Shown here piece after piece: positions 26,139 to 39,400 of a stretch of 64,000 nt of DNA. The stretch comes from Tubulanus polymorphus (taxonomy: Eukaryota > Animalia > Nemertea): contig NC_134033.1 in NCBI RefSeq assembly GCF_964204645.1, positions 11,912,655-11,976,654 of the forward strand, given 5' to 3'. Each line of letters starts with the position of its first letter. Position 1 is the stretch's first letter. The notes beneath the pieces were generated by a model, which was not told the origin of the DNA, did not search any database, and worked only from the letters and a program-made list of their open reading frames with translations. A program made the position numbers and the translations under genes.

Positions 26139-27854
26139 TGCTCCTCTAGGTCGCAACAGGGTAAGGTTTGGATAAGAGTGTGCGAGGGGAGAGATTGTAA
26201 AGGAAGGTGCACCGAATTGACCCGTTCGTTCATACAGTAGACCCTAAAACGGATCTAAAATACATCGTAAAGCTATCCAGCTCTAACCTAATCGCGAGTT
26301 ATGTAATTTTCATGTTGTTTATCTGAGCGGAGCATACTGCTCGCGACCACTTACAGTGGCGAGGAGCACATCGCCATGTACTCAGTACATCGGGACATCG
26401 TGTAACAACTTCAATGTCCAAGAAAGACTGGCAGCGAGATTGATAGATAATTTGATCGACGTATTTCCATCTAGCGTTCGTCGTCTGTGGAAATAGTCAA
26501 TTTACATGCGTCAAATCACCCACTTACCACACGCACATCTACTCATACATACTCACCAGAAAATTGATGATATGTTGAGTAAATGTTCTAAAATCTGGTG
26601 TCTGTTTCAGTTCAGTTCAGTTCAGTTTATATTCAGTTCAGATGTTGCAGAATAACCCATACGTAATTTATATATCGTGAAAAATAACTACTGTTACTTC
26701 TGTTGAAAAAACAGATTGCGTTTCTCTGATAATGAGATTCAGTTAAAATCTCCAAACTTTGGATCGATAAATTTATATAACACCAATTCACTACATTTCA
26801 ACTCAATTTCAAATGAAAATTAAAAATTTCAATTTAATCAGTAACGAACTGATTCTGATTATTCGTTTCTATTCCTAAGCCTGATTTTTTTCTATCGCGG
26901 ATGCAGTCTATCTTAAGAGTACCGATGTACTCTTCCACATCGCGGACCCAAGACGATCGTTTTAATTAGATCGTTTTGAGACCCCTGAGAGAGAATTACA
27001 TCGTCTGACTTGACTTATCGTCGCGTGTTTTCACCCGCAGATAAGCCGATGGTAAGCGGGTGATAAGTCTGCAAAATACTGATGAATAAATCAATAGGCA
27101 TAACACTGCATAATACAACTGCAGTACCATCTCTTTACACCAGAGTCAGTTGTTATACATAGTTCACAGCTGAGATTTGACACTAGGGGAAATTCATCAA
27201 AACACAGCTTATTTGAACTAAGGAACTAGATCCCGTGAATTAAGGAACTGGATCCCATGCTCAAAGGTTGGTAAATGCCCGACTCATTCAAGGTTTTGGT
27301 CGATTATATAGTTCATAGCAAAGATGGACCAGCAAGATATTTTTCAGCGCTTTTTACCTATTTAGTCAGATCGCCAGCCTAGCAATCCAGCAAAATTACA
27401 AATGTACTACGACAATTAAAAACTTTTCAAAACTAATGTGTAAATGAAGTGAACCATGTACCACAACCAAGAAATGGGAAAGTTCAAAAGCAAATTAAAA
27501 TTATCATGCATAATAAGATTCAGATGTTCAAACTCAATTTCTAGGAGGCCTTTATCAAACATTATTCATATCATTGAAAAAAACCTTAATTGACATGAAA
27601 TATATTTTTCAATGAAGTCACTACATATTTTTGATTAGAGCGGTGTAGTGCTCGAATGCACCATCCGGTCAGCAGTCAATCGGGGTTGATGGCGGAAGAG
27701 TTTCTTGATTAAAGGCTCCTATTTGACCTCCCCCGAAAAAGTAACTTTGAACCTGCCAATAATGTCCTGAGTGAGAAAATTCTAGAAACCAACCATATTC
27801 ATACCGATCTTGGCATATCGCGCATTAGGAAAAAAAAAAAACAATAGAGTCACT

Positions 27855-28030
27855 CAGTGAGTGAGTCAGTCAGTCAGACAGTCAGTCAGTCATTCTGTCA
27901 GTCAGTCATTCTGTACTCAGGTACCAGTCAGTCAGTACTCAGATACCAATCAGTCAGTCAGTCAATCTGTACTCAGATACCAGTCAGTCAGTCAGTCAGT
28001 TAGTCAGTCAGTACTCAGATACCAATCAGA
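27855..28030. repeat. (CAGT)n-based compound microsatellite
   Basis: cagtcagtcagt runs interspersed with gtactcagatacca. Confidence 0.85.
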
Positions 28031-28439
28031 ATGAAAAACATACAGATAAAAAGATCTACATACCACGTACATCTTGTTTTGTAAATACAAGTTGATCACA
28101 GTCAAGTATATAGCCGTCCTACGTTCCAACATAGTCTGCATGTTCGGTTACTACCGCCTACTGTACCCGGCGTAGTTCGTCTTTGCAATGTTTAAGTAGT
28201 TCATAGCTTAACGCGTCATTATCATTTTAGCGACGACGACGTCGTATAACGAAATAAATCGCTCCTCCGGGATGCATTCAGTCACCGGCGATGCTATGAC
28301 GCCGACGATGAGGCGATATGCGAGCGTATCGTATTGTACGCACGCAGCTAACTGTAGCATCGCGGCGAGGAATACCAAATAGTCGAAATCATCCGACCAG
28401 ATGAATGTTAGATCGACCCACGCATATACTCGAAACACT

Positions 28440-29120
28440 CATACGCTAGGCACACATATACTAGACACATGCAAACTAGGCACATTATATTCTAGGCGCA
28501 CATGCTAGGCGAAAGTGCATTGGGCAGGATGTACACTGATGTATGAATACTGGGCAATAAGCCTGGAACATGCTAGGCAAACATACTAAATACATATGCT
28601 AGGCAAATATGTTAGCCAACATACCCTAGGTACACCTACTCTAGACACACGTAAACTATAGGCACATTATACTCTAGGTGCACATGTTAGCAAATGTACA
28701 TAGGGCAGTGATGTACAATAATGTATACTGGAAAGTAGGCCTGGAAAATGCTAGGCAAACATAGACTATAGACACATATGCTCGGCACATATCTTTGGTC
28801 AGCATACTCTAAGTACACATATGCTAGGACAATGTACTTTGGGCAGGCTGGTCACTATGCACAATAGGCAGTAGGCCGATATATGCTTAGAAGGTGCAAA
28901 CATGCTTTAGGAAAACATTGAGGCAATGCTAGGCAAACATGTACGAGATACAAACTCACGGCAAACACATCGTAGGCAAACTTATTCTAGGAAAACATGT
29001 GCTAGGCACTATAAAGCAAGCATGTTCTAGGCATCTAGCAAATGTATGCTAGGCAAACACATACTAGGTATGCATACATCCTAACAAGCATGTGCTAGGC
29101 ACATATACTAGGCAAACATG
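28440..29120. repeat. Degenerate satellite built on ctaggca/catat motifs
   Basis: Many variants of tgctaggcaaacat / ctaggcacatat, strongly CpG-depleted. Confidence 0.7.
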
Positions 29121-31244
29121 TTGAACTGGCAGGTAAATGATACAAGTCTCTTATAATATGATTACTGCTATTTTGTACTTCAAAAGGCCTAATACAATCA
29201 TCATGGCTTCAAAATGTAGCGAATATAATATATCGCGGCGAAGATATGAATATCAGGCGCCGTGCGGTCGTCAAGAAAAAATGCCGATAATATTCGATCT
29301 CGTCTAATTTATTCTTGATTGCTTCTGCGGCCGAAAATCAATATGCTGATTTGTAACATTGTGTTTACATCAATAGATCGATTGAATGCTGTTTTTTTTA
29401 AGTATCAGTTCATTAGACACAAGAGTTTGAGCAGTAACAGCACACAATGCATACTGACTATAAGGGTTACATCTCAAAAGAGCAGGGAAGAAAAAGAAAT
29501 TACCCTTACCCCCAAACACAACCTAGGGCGCGTCCTACAGATGTCGGGCAAGTTTGACTGAAGTGTAGAAATGTGTGATTGGTTTCAAATAATCCAAACC
29601 AAAATGTGTGCCTTAAAAACCCAGCACACATACCGGGAATGAAACAGGCATCATAGGAAGTTTAAGTAAAAATTTATAATTCTTTTTTTCTAGATTAGAA
29701 TTCTTTAACTATGGAAATGGGCATCATTTCTGAAGGATTTAAGGCTAAGACTATCATAACATTTCTGCGCCAGTAGTTTAAGAAATATATGTAAGATGGC
29801 AGCATTGCTCAGTATTCTTAGAGATGCACATCAATAATCTAAGCTGAGATGAGATGGTTCATGCGCTAGTGTGCCTTCTTTCTCAACACTTCAGGGGTAG
29901 AATACAGCAAGGTCTAGTGTTCCTGTCATTTCTAGTTAACTGGGTTACAATCTAAAAGAGGGTTTATCAAAAGATTTTACTGTTTTAGGTTCGATTTCTT
30001 TCTGAGATTTTTTCTATATAGAGTGTATATATGATTTATGTATGTACCTGAGTTGATCTATAAAACTGAAAATGACTGTTTCATTGGCATCTAAATTCGT
30101 AGAGGTGACTGAAGTGATTATGACGCACTTACGAAAGTGCAAATGTTTTCAGCAACATGTCTTCAAATTTGCAAGAATATTCACCAATAGCCCAGCATTC
30201 CGATAGCCTGGCACTCGCCGTAAAATTGGATAGAACCGCACAGTTGTGAAATAGAATTGGTTCAATTGAGCGCGCATCTAAAAGCTATTAGCTAAGAAGC
30301 TTTTAAATATTTCTAAAGGAGTGAGCATTTCACTATTTTCTCAAAATTTTTCAAAAAATTATCAGTTTTTACAGTGTTGGGATGCAACATTATGATGCAT
30401 TGAATTCACTTAATGGTAAAAACGTTTTCGTTATTCTCAAGAATTTCTAGGTGCAGCTACCCCATAAGAACTGACGAAAACTATGTTGTAAATGGCTGTG
30501 TTGTCCTTCTATTCAATCAAAAGATGCTTGGCCAGAAAAATGTTAAGACTACAACTACAAATTGAACGACTGATTTCCATTGAGAAAGGCTAATGGCGCT
30601 AGCTCTCTGATTAGGCACGAGCCAAATTTGTCGGCCTGATCCATGCCAATTCGGCCCAGGCAAAATTGTCTCAGATTCATTCTAGAACTTCATGGAGCTC
30701 AATGTAATCTGCATAGTTAAATACTGTCTCTGTATTCGAGACACATACCAAGACACATATAACTCTGCGTCAAACACTAAAACTTGTTCAGTCTCTTCTT
30801 CCGCATCTCCAATGCTGATAATTTGTATTGTTTAAAAATTTAATTCTTCGCTGCAGGGACTATTGATTCATACTCTCTCTAGGGACCTCATTTGTAACGG
30901 AAACGAAAGACGAGACAATTTTTAATCGGCGCAAATTGTGTCATTACGCGACGAAATTAGCATCGCGCATGTCACCGAAATATCAATCGCTTGAGATTGG
31001 CGAGATAACACTGCTATTCATCACCGGGAATAGTTTGAAGTTTTTTTTTCGATCTTGTGATCAAAAGTAAGATAAAGGCTTCAATTAAGTGACAGACCAT
31101 GAATTACATTCGGATTAGAGAGGGTATAAACAGTTCATCTATACAATACACTCCTAACTGCCACTAGTCAACTTGGTAAACTGCTCAACATGGTGAATTT
31201 TACTAAAATCTATTTGGATAAAAGCGAAACTGTCTATTTTCCTG

Positions 31245-31520
31245 ATTCTCAATTCAGTAGTATTCTATCCACCTCAGTCCCAATGCTACTGAATTTCACG
31301 ATTTTCAACTAGGTGAAATATTACAGTCCCACATTCCCTGATTCTCAACTCAGTGAAATATTTACAGTCCTAATGCTACCGTGTTCCGTGATTCTCAACT
31401 CAGTGAAATATTTACAGTCCTAATGCTACCGAGTTCCGTGATTCTCAACTCAGTGAAATATCTACAGTCCCAAAGCTACTAAATTCCATGATTCTCAACT
31501 CAGTGAAATATTTACAGTCT
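31245..31520. repeat. 50-bp minisatellite, ~5 copies
   Basis: attctcaactcagtgaaatatttacagtc recurs at 31341, 31391, 31441 and 31491. Confidence 0.9.
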
Positions 31521-31638
31521 TATACATAGTTCACTATGTTTGCCGAAATGTTTTTCAAATACTAGCTGGAATATTTTTTCTTTGTTTATAGGCCACTAGT
31601 TTCATACAAGAAAAACTTCCAAATTCAATAGATCACTC

Positions 31639-31712
31639 GGTGTAGTGGTTTAGTGGTTAGTACGCAGGGCTTGGAGTTGAAAAACCCAGGTTCAAATCTT
31701 GGAAGGGCTGGG
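31639..31712 (+). mobile_element. tRNA-derived SINE head or tRNA pseudogene
   Basis: A-box-like TGGTTTAGTGGTTAG and B-box-like GGTTCAAATC at tRNA spacing. No convincing acceptor stem. Confidence 0.55.
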
Positions 31713-33754
31713 ATTTGGGGTCCATCTTGGAAGTGTTGTGGATCGGAAGTGTTTTAGTGAAAATAAAAAAGTTAAATTTTTCTCATATTACATTACAAAT
31801 TTCACTTAAATTTTTCCACAAAGACTGCAACCATTTTGTACCTCAAAAGTCTCAAAATTGAGTCAAAAGACTGACTGTTAGGTAGCCACCTGGTGGAGTA
31901 TGTCAGTACTTCATTAAAAATTATTTCGAGTAAAATTTGAAATGATCTTTCCAAAATTTCCGCCGCGTTCAGACACGCGTGGACGTCAAATCAATTTCTG
32001 TGCGATTCGTTAAAGCGCAATAGAACGGCCCGGAAAAAACAAAAACTCGCGAGACTTTTGAGCGAAATGTCAATAAAATTGATCGAACGCGATGAAAGAT
32101 TTGTAGTAAATTCGTAAGCGTAGCCGACACGAAGTCACGACTCATTCAAACATCGTAGTTTATAAACAAGATTAACTTTCGTTCGAAAGAAAACTTTCTA
32201 ATCAATCGATAATCCGAATCAAACGGCTGTCTCCCGAGCGCGAGTCTAACGTTTTATGAAATATGATTGAAAAACGATAATATAAAATCTCGAACTAAGA
32301 ACGAAAAGAGTCTAAAATGTTCCTTGTGGAGCTAATGATATCAATTCGACATTTCGACTATCCTATTTAAGTCATCTTCAGGAATACTAAGCCACATCTA
32401 TTCCTGAAGCTCAAAATAACATTTCAGACTAATTCTACTCTTAAGCCCACCACACAGTAGGTGACTCTTGATGGTTTGGTGGTGCTTTTCATCACCTAAT
32501 GCGACAATATCGCTCTGTATTCAGCATTCAGCATGTTATATTCGTCGACATGATAGGCAACAAATCGTTGTCAGTGTGCGGCTACTAGCAAACAACTTCC
32601 ATAGAAAAACAGCCTATCACGGCAAAGATTAAAAGTCCTGTGCGATTTACAAAATGGCGCCCCTTGAAGTGAAGTGGCAACCATGGCTTTACTTTGTGAC
32701 CTGCGATATGGTCACAAAAATCATGACTTAAAGTTGCCCAGTGTTCGCCGCGCTTTAGTGTGAGATGGTGTATTACAACACGGCCCGATCGTTTCATCAA
32801 CGGTCACGATAAAAAATTTAAAATTCCGACAACAACGTCGGTTACAGGGTTAATGAAGAAAAGTTCGATGGCTAAATTGACGGCCGCGAATGATGACCCC
32901 GGTAAATGTGGTGTAGCATCGTTAATGCGTCTCCGATCAATCCGTACCGCGGCCGCCGCGCGCGGGGCGAGGGATGGTCTCATCCAATCATCGTGAACAG
33001 TATCTTGACAGGTAGAAGGCAAACAATCAAAATCGTTCATTATATCTGAGCACCGCTTCAGACACCGACTTATCCCATCAGCGCTACAAACGAAATTCCT
33101 GGGCATTTCTCAAATATATATATAGTGAGGGCATCTAGCGAGCTATAATGAAAGAATCTTTGCATTGACGTTTTTTTTTGTAGATTGCATCGTTAGTGGG
33201 AAACACAACCAGACATATATGACAAGAAATTACCAGATGTTGTGCTTGCGCAGTGTTTTGTATCATTAGTAATGAAAGAGGTTATTTATCCATCTCCATA
33301 GTCAGTACCGCCCATGATTGAATTCATCTCAGCCTCAACGCGGACAGCCCCAATCGAGGACTCCGCTTGTGGTGAGCGAGGATCCACCAGATGGCGACAG
33401 TGCGCATTTAGACATCGATAACAGATTTCTCTTCAGATCCAATCGAAATCTATCGATGATCTTTGCTCAAATTTGATGAAGATAGAATAATACAGTATAC
33501 AGTACTGATCATATACAACGGGCAATCTGAGCAAACCATCATGGAGAAAATCTGCGCATCTAAGTGTGCACAGCGTGGCAGGGTTATCCTTGTTTGCCGC
33601 ATTAGTGTCAAGGGTTGCCATTGAAAATGAACTGATATCGACTCCGTCCTGTCAGACACAACATCGCAGGCGGCGGAGGATCCTCGGGGGCGAGCTACGC
33701 TACCAAGCCGGCCATATTAAAACGATAACCACACTTAAACGTGGTGAGCGGATA

Positions 33755-33924
33755 GTAAGATAAAAACCCACTATTTACAGATTATAAGAATTTAAAAACG
33801 GCACACCTGACAATGATCTCTAGGGTGAGATCGAAACGTCGTGTACTTTATATATTTTAGATTGAATAAATAAATTCTTGTTTTTAAATTCTTTTAATCT
33901 GTAAATAGTGGGTTTTTATGTTAC
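33755..33924. mobile_element. Foldback/MITE with ~45-bp inverted arms
   Basis: gtaagataaaaacccactatttacagattataagaatttaaaaac is nearly the reverse complement of gtttttaaattcttttaatctgtaaatagtgggtttttatgttac. Confidence 0.65.
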
Positions 33925-34324
33925 AAGCTGGCCATATCTATACCACAAGAACAGCATTAAGACATAGGCGATGATCTATGACGCGTTTAATTTCGAGCAA
34001 ACATCGGCAAAGTTTCCTCGATAAAATTGAGCCGATAAATTACGCAAAAACTAGTTTATTCGCACAAAACGACGAGGAAGCTGAAATCCCTGTCTAGATA
34101 TCGGTGGTGAATTCGACCCTCACTTCATCAGTTGAGTAAGCGATGAATTCTATGCTAGCTTCGACTGCGCGTGGTGTTACTGGGCTTATTACCATATTTG
34201 GAGTCAACGATTTCCGACAGGATCCCGTGATTTACTCGACGCATATTTACGACATATTTGTACCGCGGGGACCGGCGCGCTCGCGTATCCGAGACTAGAT
34301 TCATACGAGACTTCAACATCCCTA

Positions 34325-34341
34325 TGTGTGTGTGTGTGTGC

Positions 34342-34388
<47 letters not shown>
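34325..34388. repeat. (TG)n(TA)n microsatellite
   Basis: Direct inspection. Confidence 0.95.
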
Positions 34389-34392
<4 letters not shown>

Positions 34393-34821
34393 TAAAATTC
34401 TCAGTAAATGTAGAATTAGAGAATTGAGAATCCTAAATGTATCAATTTCAATCTATTTTTTTCTCATTGTGGGTTTGACACAAGTGTTTATGCATTTCGT
34501 TTCGTTGTTTAGTTAGTTGCACGAAACATGAAACGGCATTAAACAAGAAACACCGACATAAAACACCAATCACTGTCATTATTTGAATCGCAATCTTTTC
34601 TCAGTGCTACTGATATTGCTTCGGTGTTTGTTGTTTCGACGTTTCGAGGTGCGCGAATCATCGAAACGCCTGAAACAAAAATCCGTTTCGTACATTTTGG
34701 GTATATTTCTAGCTATGCACGAAAGGCTTAACGGGCGAAATCGCGGCGTGCGATTTGTATTCATGTAGCGAAACGCGATATAAATCATGTCCGAATTCTC
34801 ATCTCTGCGTCGCGATCTCAC

Positions 34822-34893
34822 CGGACTCGTCTCAGCGTATGTGGCCATCGAGCATTTAACATGAGAGATACGATTGATAATCACTTGTTCCAT
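34822..34893 (-). CDS. Candidate alternative first coding exon of CASK (24 aa, or MATYAETSP from ATG 34848)
   Basis: Ends CCG|GTGAGA in phase 0. CpG-rich context with (GA)n and TA-rich motifs upstream. Confidence 0.4.
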
Positions 34894-34936
34894 CTACATC
34901 CGTTTTCCTTTAAGTATCATAGAAACTCGTCACTGC

Positions 34937-34937
<1 letters not shown>

Positions 34938-34971
<34 letters not shown>
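34938..34971 (-). repeat. (GA)n microsatellite just upstream (minus strand) of a candidate first exon; possible GAGA-type promoter element
   Basis: (CT)n on plus. The repeat is certain; a regulatory role is only inferred. Confidence 0.8.
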
Positions 34972-34976
<5 letters not shown>

Positions 34977-35488
34977 AATCTTGCGATCTACTAGCTGTAG
35001 ATCGTACACATATATATATCTCACTCTTCTTCTTACACGGGGAAAGATTTGTCCGACCGCTAACATAGAAATATTTATTACCTTTCGCTGAGTCGCGGAG
35101 AGTTTGCGAAGCTCTTCGCCCTATCTCGTTTCATAACGCAAACCGAGTTGCTTTATTGCCGGCGTAAGCGATTATGTCACGAACTGTGGAGTTAGTATCC
35201 TACAACTGAGCTAATGATGAATGTAATACGATACGTACGAGATAATAGACATATCGATACAAAACTGGAAAAAACTGCGTTTTACATTATTGCGAATTTC
35301 TCAGCCAAGGTCTCTATGCGAAAAGCAAAACATCGCAGCTGAATAAACTATGTACATAGCCTATTTCGAGACCTTGGAAGATATTTGCTTTATTTAAATA
35401 TCTTATACCAACAAAGCTCAGAGTAATTATGGCCAAGGTTCAAAGTTTCTTTTTCGCAATTCAAAGGACCAAAAGAACTCTGCCAGCA

Positions 35489-36235
35489 CCAGGGTTCAAA
35501 CCCATGAACCCTGGATTGATGCGAGACCAGTCAAAGACCAACTGACTGCTACGACCAGGATTCAAACACATGAACCCTGCATTGATGAGAGACCAGTGAA
35601 AGACTGACTGACTGCTACCACCAGGATTCAAACACGTGAATCCTGGATTGATGAGAGACCAGTGAAAGACTGACTGACTGCTACCACCAGGATTCAAACA
35701 CGTGAATCCTGGATTGATGAGGGACCAGTGAAAGACTGACTGACTGCTACCACCAGGATTCAAGCACATGAACCCTGCATTGATGAGAGACCAGTGAAAG
35801 ACTGACTGACTGCTAACACCAGGATTCAAACACATGAACCCTGGATTGATGAGAGACCAGTGAAAGACTGACTGACTGCTACCACCAGGATTCAAACACA
35901 TGAACCCTGGATTGATGAGAGACCAGTGTAAGACTGACTGACTGCTACCACCAGGATTCAAACACATGAACCCTGCATTGATGAGAGACCAGTGAAAGAC
36001 TGACTGACTGCTACCACCAGGATTCAAACACATGAATCCTGGATTGATGAGAAACCAGTGAAAGACTGACTGACTGCTACCACCAGGATTCAAACACATG
36101 AACCCTGCATTGATGAGAGACCAGTGAAAGACTGACTGACTGCTACCACCAGGATTCAAACACATGAATCCTGGATTGATGAGAAACCAGTGAAAGACTG
36201 ACTCACTGCTAATACCAGGATTCAAACACATGAAC
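35489..36235. repeat. 66-bp minisatellite, ~11 copies
   Basis: Unit ccaggattcaaacacatgaaccctggattgatgagagaccagtgaaagactgactgactgctacca. It gives the 22-aa periodic ORF 35461-36231. Confidence 0.95.
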
Positions 36236-36310
36236 CTTTGTTTGACTAGATAGCAGTGACCGATGGTTTAAACCACTCGACCACTATAAGCAGTAATAAC
36301 CGACACTTAC

Positions 36311-36496
36311 CCAACAGTTGTATGCATAGAGTTGATAGTCGTGCGTGCGTCGTACGTTATTCGGATAAATCCAACCGGGCAGCATTTCGCATTCTCGGCG
36401 GCGGGGCTGGAGGGGGCTGGCTCCGGCTCCGACCACGCTTGAGTCACCGTTCCAACGAAGCTGCGTCCAGTTATAACTGACATCGTACGTTTGCAT
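36311..36496 (-). CDS. Candidate alternative first coding exon of CASK (62 aa, or 25 aa from ATG 36385)
   Basis: Open frame ends TGG|GTAAGT in phase 0, within a CpG-rich island. Confidence 0.45.
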
Positions 36497-39400
36497 AAGT
36501 ATCGCGATCGAAAATATGAGCACCGAAAATCGAGAAGATTTATTTTACGATAGGACAGCAGCTTTCGTCGCGCTTTAAAATCCTATCATCACACGAGTCA
36601 GTCGCGAGCAGCAGCAGATTGATGCAACATGTACTACAACACGATAATAGCAGGCCGGCCGGTACCGTCGTCGGTGTATCCGGATACAGCTGTCGATACC
36701 AAAAGCACCCGATAAATCACACAACATATGTATATACCACAAATATATATATATCGGATTATCATCTACATATACAGATATTATCGGATTAAACTCTCAT
36801 CGGTAAAAATATCGACGATAAATTGGTGCCGTCGCAATTATAGCTGTCAAGAATTCGTATATATCCAAGGTTGAAATCGGTAACAACCGGTAAAATGACA
36901 TTCTTCGCGTCAGACGTTCACAATCCGTTCGGTATCTTTCAAAACGATTGAAACATCAGTAGAAAAATATCAGCAGAAGACGACGATGAATTAACCATAA
37001 ATTGATACGACGTTCATCACCGAGGTTTAGTTGCATATAACACAGATCACAATTCATTGCATTCACAATTTATCCGTCCTTTCGGTATCTTTCATTTATT
37101 AAATTTCCCGTAAAATGACTATGATCTTGTAAATCAGAAGTTGTAGTCAGTCAGCTTTCAGTTCATAATTTGTCCATCATCGGTTTCGAATCATTCATAT
37201 ATATATAATACATTTGAGATTAAATTAATTGCAGCAGCCAAAACCAGGGAAAACATTCAACAGATGTTGTCGTTTTGTTATTGTAAAATAGTCGGTCTAA
37301 TATCGACAGAGTTTCGTATACTATCATCCGAGGTTAAAATAATAACGAAAATGTCGTCGCCGCCTTCGTGATTATTTTCTCTGGCTCTTACAGTTTCTAA
37401 TTAAGAATTTTCAATTAAACCCCGGCGATGAAGTATACACATATGTATATAACATATATATCCAAGGTTTCAGCGATGAAAGCGTAGATTATGGTTTATT
37501 AATTCTGCGATGTATCCTTGAGAGGCGATTTTTACATTGCATAATTTATCGTCCGCCCACAAATACATCTATGGAGTCAACTTTTTTGCGTCCTCGCTTT
37601 TCTCTTTGACAAAAAAGCAACGTATTTCTGTTCCAACGGCTTCTCAAAGAGCTCGACTAACAGCTTGTCGATTGTGTCCTGTCTCCTGAATATGATGATG
37701 AGGAAAAGTTTAAGTTGAACGGATAATGTTGGAGACTTGAAGAAATTTTGACTCCGTCTAAAAGTTCACAACTTTCATGCCAGCATCCAGAATGTAGAAG
37801 ATATACCGTAGTTAGTGCCCTAATTGTTAGTGCAGTACAGTTCATTAGATAGGCTGACACCAACCAAGGTAAATGGCTTGTTAAAAATCCGTGGAACTAA
37901 ACCAGTTCGCTAAATAACTTGTAGCCCAGTTACTGACCAAACCAAAGTCTGGTTAGGCATTAGATGGCAGTCCGGTTACTGACCACCAGACAACAGTCCG
38001 GTTATCGAACCACAATCCGGTTATTGACTAGCGCTAGTCGGGAGCTGCTTGCATTTGCCTTCTAGAAGAAGTTAACCAAAGTTCCGCAATCTAAAGATCA
38101 ATGTCCTTCTCAATAACCACTTAACAATCACTAATATTCATAAGTATTATCGAATCATCCCAGAGAGCAGCAGCAGAAGAGAGTTCGAACAAATATTCTT
38201 TGAAGCCGCGGTACCGCTAGCGAGCGTAAATACATATAGCCTCACACACACGCACGCGCCCGTATATGGAAGTATACGCGTAATTGATTGATCCGTGAGA
38301 GTCCGATTGGCTCCTCCCACTACTAACCGATATATCCGATAAGCTTCGACTGCAAATGGGCCGCGTAAGTATCAAGCGTCAGTGTGGTATCGATTCCAGC
38401 GCAGCCGCGGCCCGACCAAGCTGCAATTCGTTTATCAAAGGAATCAGCAACAAAGTTGAACAATTGTTCTGATGTCTACAAATCAGAATCGTAACATTAA
38501 GCACGCCCTCGTATCAGGATTATCACGTTCTGTCTGACAATTTCGCTCAATCCATTTTTCCTGGTTACTATATTTCCGGCTGCAATTGATGAAATACGAG
38601 TCCGTTCATTTAATCCCATAAAACTTTCGATAAAGATTTCGTCCTCGAATTTCACGAAAAAAGGGTGGATGCCGATAGAGAATTGTAAAGGATGCTTGAA
38701 ATCGCACGAACGATGACGCAACGACGATGAATTCACTTTGAGTTGGAAACAAAAGGAAACATTTTCATCCGAAACCGCAAAACCAATAAATTGAAGAAGC
38801 GCTCCACTTGTGTACGCGCGCGTCTATGAAGTCTTTCTAAATCTGATATCTAGGAGCTGCAAGCGTCACAAATATACCGAAAATTTGCCAGCCGTCCGGA
38901 TCCAAACTGCAGATCCGCTCGAAGGGGGATTTATTGCGTAGTTTCGTATTCGTAAAAATGTAGCCTACATTAACGAGTTGTGGTTTATTGAATTACGCGC
39001 GGCGGTTTCCGTCGGTCGTCGGCGTACGCCCTCCCGAGACGAATTGACGCAAACCACGCCGCCAAAAAATTAGCGGTTAGTCGCGCCAAGCGAAATACGC
39101 ATTAAACAATCGAGTTGAACAAGCGTCCCGAACTGTCAACAACGCCGAATTTACGATGACGGTTTTTCCGAAAATTGATTATACACCCGCGCCCGCGCCC
39201 GAGTGTCACAGATGATGTTACACAGGCTTATATTTACAAGGCTGCATTGCCCGCTAGCATCTGTATGTACAACGCGTGTAGCCTACACCCCTGCGCCGCC
39301 GATCTGTGCTGCTGTGTTGGTGAAAACCCGGCGCTCTGCTTATCACTGCTGTCGGTATATTCGAGAATAATGACTGCTGTCAGTATGCGCTAGTATTTAG

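Noticed and set aside
31639-31712. Functional tRNA gene
   Set aside because: A and B boxes are present, but the acceptor and anticodon stems do not pair convincingly; treated as a SINE head or pseudogene.
35461-36231. 256-aa repetitive ORF, and a possible CRISPR-like array
   Set aside because: It is a head-to-tail 66-bp repeat with no unique spacers or cas genes, in eukaryotic context. The frame is open only because the unit is a stop-free multiple of three.
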